Part shown: piece by piece, positions 54,762-64,000 of the stretch | Position numbering within the stretch: the first letter of the stretch is position 1 | Layout of the letters: each line of letters begins with the position of its first letter | Assembly: GCA_963665115.1 (NCBI GenBank) | Contig: OY762007.1 | Location: 7,488,001-7,552,000, forward strand | Direction of reading: 5' to 3' | DNA from: an uncultured Rivularia sp. | GTDB taxonomy: Bacteria; Cyanobacteriota; Cyanobacteriia; Cyanobacteriales; Nostocaceae | DNA: 64,000 nt | Notes under the pieces: generated by a model | The model's database searches: none | Seen by the model: only the letters and a program-made list of their open reading frames with translations | What the model was told of the DNA's origin: nothing | Position numbers and translations under genes: made by a program

Positions 54762-55649
54762 ATGACCGTTGCTAAAGGTTTCTTGCCAAGATTTTTACCT
54801 TTTATAAATAAAAAACGTACTCTTTCTCAACAATTAATGTTGGTTGGGTTAGCCATTACTTTAGTGTTTGTTTTTCTAGCATTATTTTCTCCTTTACTTC
54901 AAGCTTTGGGATTGCTGCAAGATCCAACTGAGTTTCTTGATAATCCGATTCATACACCACCTTCATTAAAACACTGGTTTGGTACGAGTCGTTTGGGCTA
55001 TGACATATTTTCTCGTACTGTTTTTGGCGCTCAAGCCGCATTGCAGGTGGTTCTATTAGCTACTGCATTAAGTATGCTGGTTGGCGTGCCTTTGGGTATG
55101 TTGAGCGGCTATATTGGCGGTAGGTTGGATAAGGTATTGCTGTTTATTATGGATAGCATTTATACCTTGCCCGGTCTGCTGCTTTCGGTGACGCTGGCGT
55201 TTGTTGTCGGGCGTGGAATAATCAATGCGGCGCTGGCAATTAGTATTGCTTACGTCCCGCAATATTACCGAGTTGTTCGCAACCATACAGTAAGCGTTAA
55301 GACAGAAGTATTTGTAGAAGCAGCACAAGCAATTGGTGCCAATACTTGGCAAGTGCTTTCGCGGTATTTATTTTTGAACGTAATTCAAAGCGTACCTGTG
55401 TTATTCACCTTAAACGCCGCCGATGCCATCTTAGTATTAGGTGGTTTAGGATTTTTAGGATTGGGGCTTCCCGAAGAAGTACCAGAATGGGGACACGATT
55501 TAAAACAAGCCTTGGCTGCCTTACCCACAGGGATTTGGTGGACTACACTTTTCCCCGGATTAGCGATGACAACAATGGTAGTAGGGTTATCACTACTTGG
55601 TGAAGGATTGAATGAGTTTGTCAATCCGCGTTTAAGGAAACGAAAATAG
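54762..55649 (+). CDS. Peptide ABC transporter permease (DppC/OppC type)
   Basis: HWFGT..GYDIFSR, EAA loop (FVEAAQAIGA), LGFLGLG, EWG. Confidence 0.9.
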   Translation: MTVAKGFLPRFLPFINKKRTLSQQLMLVGLAITLVFVFLALFSPLLQALGLLQDPTEFLDNPIHTPPSLKHWFGTSRLGYDIFSRTVFGAQAALQVVLLATALSMLVGVPLGMLSGYIGGRLDKVLLFIMDSIYTLPGLLLSVTLAFVVGRGIINAALAISIAYVPQYYRVVRNHTVSVKTEVFVEAAQAIGANTWQVLSRYLFLNVIQSVPVLFTLNAADAILVLGGLGFLGLGLPEEVPEWGHDLKQALAALPTGIWWTTLFPGLAMTTMVVGLSLLGEGLNEFVNPRLRKRK

Positions 55650-55855
55650 GTCAAAGGTTAAAGGTCAAAGGTCAAAGGTTAAAGGTTAAAGGTTAAAGGT
55701 TAGGATTTATAAATCTATGTAGTGGCAGGTCTCGCTCCCTACTTAATAAATTTCTACCCCCTCTACCCCCTCTACCCCCTCCCTCCTTGTCTCCTTCTAC
55801 CCCCTCTCCCCCATCTCCAATGCCCTTTGCCCCATTCCCAATATTAATAAAGATT

Positions 55856-56071
55856 ATGGTTAAAGATAAAATTTCGTTGGTTGCTGCTGCCGCTGGTGGT
55901 TTTATGTTGTTTATGGCTCTGAGTGGTATTCTACAGGGAGCACCTGTAACAGCTTTACAGGCACAGCATAGTTTTGATTCGATTAAAGCTGCCGATTTGC
56001 AGTTGCAAAAAGTTTACCCGGATGAAGCAATAAACGCTATACAGCAAAGCCCAAAAAAAGTACGAAGATAA
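55856..56071 (+). CDS. Small hypothetical protein with TM/signal segment
   Basis: ATG at 55856 (MVKDKISLVAAAAGGFMLFMALSG); the upstream part of the ORF-track call is STRR repeat. Confidence 0.6.
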   Translation: MVKDKISLVAAAAGGFMLFMALSGILQGAPVTALQAQHSFDSIKAADLQLQKVYPDEAINAIQQSPKKVRR

Positions 56072-56255
56072 AGCTATTCGTCAAAGCGCACTGAATAAAA
56101 ACAAGCTGCTTCTCGTAAAGCTTAAAAATATTTTTAAGCTTTTGTCAATTCCTTCACGATTGCAGATTGAAAACCGATGCCGAGTTTGTTGGTGCGTTGT
56201 GCTGTGGCGACAACACACCCTATAACTGATAACTGCTCACTGTTAACTGAAAAAA

Positions 56256-57155
56256 GTGCTAACTCAAGTAATTGGTATCGATTTGGGAGGAACGGCAATA
56301 AAGTTAGGACGATTTACGTCTGATGGTTCTTGTTTAAAGTCATTAACTGTGCGTACTCCCCAACCAGCGACTCCAGAAGCAGTAGTGGCGGCTATTGTTG
56401 ATGCTGTTGCTAAAGTCGATCCACAAGGAAATGCTGTTGCGATCGGTGTTGGAACTCCTGGTCCTGCGGATGAGAAAGGACGCATTGCCAAAATTGCGAT
56501 TAATCTTCCTCAATGGCGGAATGTTTTTTTAGCAGATATTTTGGAAGCGAAAATCGGTAAACCTACGATTATTGAAAATGATGCAAACTGCGCTGGCTTG
56601 GGTGAAGCTTGGCTGGGTGCAGGTCGTTATTATCAAAATTTTATTTTATTAACTTTAGGTACTGGTGTTGGTGGAGCGATTTTTATTGACGATAAGTTGT
56701 TTACAGGAAGATTTGGTTCTGCTGGGGAATTGGGCTTAATTAGTTTAATTCCCGACGGCCCGCAATGTAAAAGCGGCAATCAAGGTTCTTTAGAACAACA
56801 TACCTCGATAATCGCAATTCGTCGCCGCACTGGTAAAGAACCTCTGGAATTAGGTGCTTTAGCCAAAACTGGGGATGAAGAAGCATTAAAGTTTTGGCAA
56901 GAATATGGAAAGGATTTAGGAATTGGAATAACAAGTTTAATTTACGTACTAACCCCTGAAGCGGTTGTAATTGGGGGTGGCGTTAGTGCGAGTTTCGAGT
57001 TTTTTCTACCATCAATCAAAGCAGAAATTGAACGGCGAGTAATGCCCACATCCCGCGAAAATTTGCAAATAATAAAAGCGCAGTTGGGTAATGATGCAGG
57101 AATGTTGGGAGCTGCGAAGTTAGCGATTGAGAAATTTGTTAAGAGTAGGGAATAG
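56256..57155 (+). CDS. ROK-family sugar kinase (glucokinase-like)
   Basis: GIDLGGT, ENDAN, GTGVGG, AGELG, IGGGVS. Confidence 0.92.
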   Translation: MLTQVIGIDLGGTAIKLGRFTSDGSCLKSLTVRTPQPATPEAVVAAIVDAVAKVDPQGNAVAIGVGTPGPADEKGRIAKIAINLPQWRNVFLADILEAKIGKPTIIENDANCAGLGEAWLGAGRYYQNFILLTLGTGVGGAIFIDDKLFTGRFGSAGELGLISLIPDGPQCKSGNQGSLEQHTSIIAIRRRTGKEPLELGALAKTGDEEALKFWQEYGKDLGIGITSLIYVLTPEAVVIGGGVSASFEFFLPSIKAEIERRVMPTSRENLQIIKAQLGNDAGMLGAAKLAIEKFVKSRE

Positions 57156-57328
57156 GGCATGGGGCATGGGGCATTGGGGATGGGAAAGAGGAGGAAGAGT
57201 GGGAAGATGGGGAGTGGGTAAGAATAATTAATGATTAAATCAACTATTAACTTACTAATTATAACTCCTAACTCATAGCTTATAACTTTTCATTTTCAAC
57301 CCAATGCCCCATGCCCTATACCCAATTC

Positions 57329-57757
57329 TTAACTTTCCGACAACGTATATCCCGTTGTCTGATGAATGTAGTGCAGGACTTTATTATAGGATTCGGGATT
57401 GCTTGTGGGGTTGATAATTATGGGTATGCTGCTGTCGGGCAACCAAAAGGTTATCCTACCGTTCGTTTCGTGACAAAATGATGAAATACATTTGAGGTTG
57501 ATCACGTATTCGTTTCTTTCGTAAAAGATTCTTACCCAGTAAGTACCTTCTGGTTCCGAATTGTTGACTCGTTCGATGTATTCCAAGATTTTTTGGTAGT
57601 CTTCTTGGTTGTTGTGGGGAATAATCACGATAGGTATGGCACTATTTGGCAACCAAAATGTCACCCGACCGTTTGGTTCGCAGCAGAAAGCTGTGACGCG
57701 CTCAAAATCAACTACATATTCTTTTTTTTCGTAGTAGATTTTTACCCAATACGCCAC
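57329..57757 (-). CDS. Hypothetical protein with an internal ~70-aa duplication
   Basis: YWVKIYYE..NGRVTFWLP and YWVRIFYE..NGRITFWLP. Confidence 0.8.
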   Translation of the reverse strand: MAYWVKIYYEKKEYVVDFERVTAFCCEPNGRVTFWLPNSAIPIVIIPHNNQEDYQKILEYIERVNNSEPEGTYWVRIFYERNEYVINLKCISSFCHETNGRITFWLPDSSIPIIINPTSNPESYNKVLHYIHQTTGYTLSES

Positions 57758-57867
57758 AGTTTCTCCTCTCTACCTTCCCGGAATTTAGACGACACATTTT
57801 TAGCAACACTCCTGTTTCAGAGTATAAAGCCTTCACCGCCTTCTCGTTGTGAGTAAATACTCTGGAA

Positions 57868-59547
<1,680 letters not shown>

Positions 59548-59594
59548 TCATTGTGCCACAGTAAATGTTGAGAATTTTGTTGTAAACCACAGAC

Positions 59595-61367
59595 GTGAAA
59601 CCACTGTTAGGATTAGTAGTATTAGCTTCAGTCGCAACTCCCAACTTAGCTTGGGCACAAGAACAACCCTTGAAAGTGGTTTATCCCCCGACAAACCACA
59701 AAACAACCTCAGATAAAATCTTTTTCATCGGTACAGCTCCACCAACCGGACAGGTTTCAATAAATGGTAAGCCAATTAATAGATCCCAATCCGGTCATTT
59801 TGCACCTAGTCTTCCCCTACGAATAGGAGAGAACACATTTACAATACGCCATAAAGACCAACAAATTGAGCTTATTGTTATCAGAACCAATAACTCTCTA
59901 AGCGTGCCCCAAGGGTTAGCCTTTGCGAAAGATTCTCTAATTCCAAAAGTTGATATTACTCGACTTCCAGGAGAACTTATATGTTTTAGCGCGATCGCAC
60001 CTCCAAGCGCTACAGTATCCGTGAATTTGGGTGAAAATAAACGGATTCCTCTTCTCCTGCAACCACCGCTCAGCCAGTTACCTAGTAACTTAGCGGCTTT
60101 AACAGGAACCAATCAACCCCAAAATGCTACAAGGGGCGAATATTCGGGTTGCACCATAGCAAAAGCTACGATGGAAGCAACACCAGAATATCAACTAACG
60201 CTTAACGGCGAAACAATAACTCAAAAAGCCCCTGGAAAAATTGCCTTTCTAGAACCTTCGCATTTGCCGGTTGTAGAAGTAAGTGCTGAGTTTGGTGTGG
60301 CTCGCACTGGCCCCTCTACTAATTATTCTAGACTAACCCCATTGCCCAAGGGTACACGTTCGGCTGTAACGGGAATAACTGGCGAGTGGTTGCGTTTGGA
60401 CTATGGAGCTTGGATTAAAAGTTCGGAAACGGTTGCTTTGCCTAATGCAATTGTTCCTAACACAATTATTCGCAGTGTTGCTTCTAGCCAATCCAAAGAT
60501 GCAACTTTGGTCAGTTTTCCTTTACAAACTCCTGTACCCGTGACCGTCAAGCAGGAGTCGGACAAATTTACTTTGACGTTGCACAATACCACCGCCCAAA
60601 CGGACACTATTCCATTTAATGACAATCCATTTGTATCGCGCATGGATTGGCAGCAAATACCTCCCTCCCCAGGAGGAAGTTCAACGGCAGTGGAATATAT
60701 TTTTAATCTGAAGAAAAATCAACAGTGGGGATACAAACTCGGATATGAAGGCACGACTTTAAAATTAAAGTTACGTCACGCTCCCGAATTACCTCGTAGC
60801 AGACGCAAACCTTTATCTGGAATCAAGATTTTAATAGATCCCGGACATGGTGGCAAAGAATCGGGAGCAGTTGGGCCTACAGGTTTACCAGAAAAAGATG
60901 TAAATTTAACTGTATCCAAGCTGTTGCGGGAAGAATTGGTCAAAAAAGGGGCTACGGTGGTGATGACGCGCGAAGTTGATAAATTTGTATCTTTGGGCGA
61001 TCGCCAGAAGATAATTGCTGAAGAAGAACCCGTTTTATCGCTGTCAGTTCATTACAACGCTCTCCCCGATTACGGGGATGCGGAAAATACTAAGGGCATA
61101 GGAATGTTTTGGTATCATCCACAAGCTCATAGTTTGGCAATATATCTACATAACTACTTGGTTGAAAAGCTAGATAGACCTTCCTATGGAGTATTTTGGA
61201 ATAACTTAGCGCTAACTCGTCCGGAAGCAGCACCATCACTATTATTAGAGTTGGGTTTCATGAGTAACCCGGAGGAATTTGAATGGGTAAGCAATCCTAA
61301 GCAGCAGAAAAAGTTAGCGCGAACTCTTGCTGACGGTATTGTGAAGTGGTTGAGAACTAATCGGTAA
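59595..61367 (+). CDS. N-acetylmuramoyl-L-alanine amidase (Amidase_3) with signal peptide and SH3-like region
   Basis: IDPGHGG, EKDVNL, SVHYNA, LLELGF Zn ligands. Confidence 0.92.
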   Translation: MKPLLGLVVLASVATPNLAWAQEQPLKVVYPPTNHKTTSDKIFFIGTAPPTGQVSINGKPINRSQSGHFAPSLPLRIGENTFTIRHKDQQIELIVIRTNNSLSVPQGLAFAKDSLIPKVDITRLPGELICFSAIAPPSATVSVNLGENKRIPLLLQPPLSQLPSNLAALTGTNQPQNATRGEYSGCTIAKATMEATPEYQLTLNGETITQKAPGKIAFLEPSHLPVVEVSAEFGVARTGPSTNYSRLTPLPKGTRSAVTGITGEWLRLDYGAWIKSSETVALPNAIVPNTIIRSVASSQSKDATLVSFPLQTPVPVTVKQESDKFTLTLHNTTAQTDTIPFNDNPFVSRMDWQQIPPSPGGSSTAVEYIFNLKKNQQWGYKLGYEGTTLKLKLRHAPELPRSRRKPLSGIKILIDPGHGGKESGAVGPTGLPEKDVNLTVSKLLREELVKKGATVVMTREVDKFVSLGDRQKIIAEEEPVLSLSVHYNALPDYGDAENTKGIGMFWYHPQAHSLAIYLHNYLVEKLDRPSYGVFWNNLALTRPEAAPSLLLELGFMSNPEEFEWVSNPKQQKKLARTLADGIVKWLRTNR

Positions 61368-62641
61368 AAGTTTGATTGTAATTGAAAACGATTAATTGAT
61401 TGCAGGATTTTTTGAGGTGTGGGCTTTTACTTTGTTCGCAAGAATGTAGTAAAAGTCCATACTTTGTTTTCCTAACCGTTGAGAATCAAGTTAAGTAATA
61501 TTGTCGAGTTTGAATTATCCAAAGATGTCTAACTATAGGTGGATTTACTTAGTTTATTACAAACGGTAAATTTATAAAGTGATTTTGTAGGCATTACAGT
61601 TTAATTATTTTGTTTTTTCTTGATTACTATACATTGCGACCGCGATAGCTCAACCTAAATATTCCGAAAAAGATACTCATGCAGTCAATCGTCCTACAGC
61701 TATTAGAAATCAATAAAACTCTGAAGAATTTCTATTATGAATATATTTCTAATATGAATCGATAGCCTATAGTATTTTGAATCGATTTATGCAATTTCAT
61801 CGTGCTTCAGTCTATATATCCAGCTTGGATCGTACCGATGTGGATTTCACTTAAGTATAAGGGGAAATACCATGAAAACCTTGAATAATAAGCCTTATTG
61901 ATTCCGAATACCGCGATTTTTTTACGAGCTTTCACGGTAGCTTTACAATTTCTTTACTATAAAGGATGGCTTCTACATATTAACTTTACAGTAATTGGTT
62001 TAAATTATTCCAATTGAAGCTATATTAAAGTTTGTTCGCAAAAAAATGAATAAATCGAAATAAACCGTTATACTTTGTCTCGATTTGAATCGTTTTTCAA
62101 AAAATGCTTTTGGTTTAAATGCTTTTAGATGATTGCTAGACAAAGATTTTGAGACAGTTACAATACCGCACTCAAAGTACGGTAATAAGATCCTTAAACA
62201 GATGATGGGTAAAAGCTATGCAATATTGCTACGGCGTATCTACTAAAAAACTAAAAGATTGTTTACGCATATGTATTTTAGAAGACTTATACCTATTGCG
62301 TATAAAAATGGAATATGGAATTCCCCTTGTTTAGATACCCCTTTAGTAGGATATTGCTTAACGCTGATGAATAGCTTTAGCCTTACTTGGAAGATATGGA
62401 GTATTTCATTTGAGGGGCTGTCATTTAATTAGTGCCATACGCTAAGCGTCAAGCAGTAAGGCTTATCGGCGTATAGAAGCGCCCTTGAATAAAATACTCA
62501 GATTATAAGCTTGCTCAAGCCGGATTTTCGTCAAAGAGGCTTATTCTATAGTGTTATTTGAGTTTCCCTAATTATTGGTCTTCCCTGGCTAGTCATTGAT
62601 AGATACTTTATTTGAAACGTAGTAGTGCTGTTTGGATATAG

Positions 62642-63454
62642 GTGATGACACAGGTGCAGTTGCTGAACGTAAATATTAACAATGTCGCTATGAGCGACTT
62701 GCTAGATAAGTTGCAAGGTGGTGGTCTCGTAGTAACCCCCAACGTAGACCACCTAATGAAATTGCAGAGAGATCCCGATTTTTATGGAGTTTACCAACAA
62801 GCAGAATATACGGTTTGCGACAGCAAAATACTAATGTATGTATCTCGCTTTTTGGGAACGCCCATACAAGAGAAAATTTCAGGTTCGGATTTGTTTCCAG
62901 CTTTTTATAACTATTACAGAAATGACCAAAAGATAAAAATATTTTTACTTGGAGCTGAAGAAGGAATTGCTGAAATTGCTCGAAGAAACATCAATTCTAA
63001 GGTAGGTAGAAATATGATTATTGATACTTACTCACCTCCCTTTGGTTTTGAAAAAGATCAAAAAGAATGCCAAAAAATTATCAAGCTAATTAATTCTTCA
63101 GATGCAACTGTTTTAGCAATTGGAGTAGGCGCTCCCAAACAGGAAATGTGGATTGCGAAACATAGAAAGTATTTACATAAAGTCAAAATATTCTTGGCAA
63201 TTGGCGCAACAATTAACTTTGAGGCAGGAAATATCAAACGTTCCCCTAAATGGATGAGCGAAGTCGGTCTAGAATGGCTATATAGACTTTTAAGCGAACC
63301 TAAACGGCTTTGGAAAAGATATTTAGTTGATGCACTTCCATTCCTAGTGTTGGTTTGCAAACAACGCTTTCAACTGTACAAAAATCCGTGGTCGAAAGTT
63401 AAACCCAATCAAGCTAATATAATTTCTGTATTTAGAGGTTTTAAGAGAATGTGA
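62642..63454 (+). CDS. WecB/TagA/CpsF glycosyltransferase
   Basis: VTPNVDH, ISGSDL, GAPKQE, GLEWLYRL..EPKRL. Confidence 0.92.
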   Translation: MMTQVQLLNVNINNVAMSDLLDKLQGGGLVVTPNVDHLMKLQRDPDFYGVYQQAEYTVCDSKILMYVSRFLGTPIQEKISGSDLFPAFYNYYRNDQKIKIFLLGAEEGIAEIARRNINSKVGRNMIIDTYSPPFGFEKDQKECQKIIKLINSSDATVLAIGVGAPKQEMWIAKHRKYLHKVKIFLAIGATINFEAGNIKRSPKWMSEVGLEWLYRLLSEPKRLWKRYLVDALPFLVLVCKQRFQLYKNPWSKVKPNQANIISVFRGFKRM

Positions 63455-63561
63455 AAATGATTTTACTTCTTTTGGAATAAGGAATATAGCAAATAATAAC
63501 ATTTGATATTGAAGGTATCTCTTTTTCAATTGAATTCAACATACACCATTGGAAACGAACT

Positions 63562-64000
63562 ATGGAAAATCAAAACTATCATGAAGAGATAGATATTCAG
63601 AAATATTTGCTGGTTTTGAAACGTCGCTGGCTGATAGCATCAATTGTTTTTACAGGTTTTGCAGCTTTTGCAGGTTTTAATTGGATTACTCAAAAACCCG
63701 CTTTTGAAGCAACAGGAAAACTGCTTTTTCGGGCAAATAATACCTCATCTCTAACGGGTGCTGGAAAAGAGATTGGTCATTTAGAGTCAATCAAGCGCGA
63801 AGCTAACCCTTTAGATACGCAAGCGATAATTTTGCAGTCCGAACCCATACTAAAGGAAGTTGTAAAGTCTCTGGATCTTAAAGGAAATAATGGTGAACCT
63901 TTAAATCCAGATTCAATATCTATTGGTACTAGCTCAATTGTAGGTACTGACGTACTAAGGGTTTCTTATACATCTGGTAATCCAGAATTAGCTATAAAAG
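63562..64000 (+). CDS. GumC/Wzc-type polysaccharide chain-length determinant (5' part, runs off the window)
   Basis: MENQNYHEEIDIQKYLLVLKRRW + TM helix + PAFEATGKLLF, a Wzz-like N-terminus; not in the ORF track. Confidence 0.85.
   Translation, partial: MENQNYHEEIDIQKYLLVLKRRWLIASIVFTGFAAFAGFNWITQKPAFEATGKLLFRANNTSSLTGAGKEIGHLESIKREANPLDTQAIILQSEPILKEVVKSLDLKGNNGEPLNPDSISIGTSSIVGTDVLRVSYTSGNPELAIK

Overview
64 kb of AT-rich chromosome from a heterocyst-forming (Nostocales-type) cyanobacterium. Evidence for the assignment: frequent HIP1 octamers GCGATCGC, heptameric STRR repeats, hetF and NTRC. Most of it is housekeeping or signalling: cls, murT-gatD, thiD, glnB, rdgB, a phosphoglucomutase/phosphomannomutase, queC, tRNA(CAU), pyrE, thiC with a TPP riboswitch, a His kinase/PP2C/FHA-kinase cluster, ntrC, pyrG, an amidase and the start of an EPS cluster. 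The most striking structure is a ~1.9 kb non-coding tandem array upstream of, and antisense to, hetF. It has 13 recognisable units plus degenerate edges, mostly 139 bp. Each unit is a complete mini-gene (TCCGGA -35 box, ~60-nt RNA, intrinsic terminator). It matches the known heterocyst sRNA NsiR1 array and is not a CRISPR. Other notable items: a chromosomal ParM-like actin plus ParR-like partner (CorMR-type), a methyltransferase-pilin-OGT-GT4 locus with SigJ- and SigF-type promoter boxes, an intact TnpB-only IS605-family element plus an orphan copy of its right end, and several MITE/REP families. Seven genes carry a single +1 insertion in a short base run, which points to sequencing error rather than biology. 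All family assignments are by eye from motifs and recall; no database search was run.
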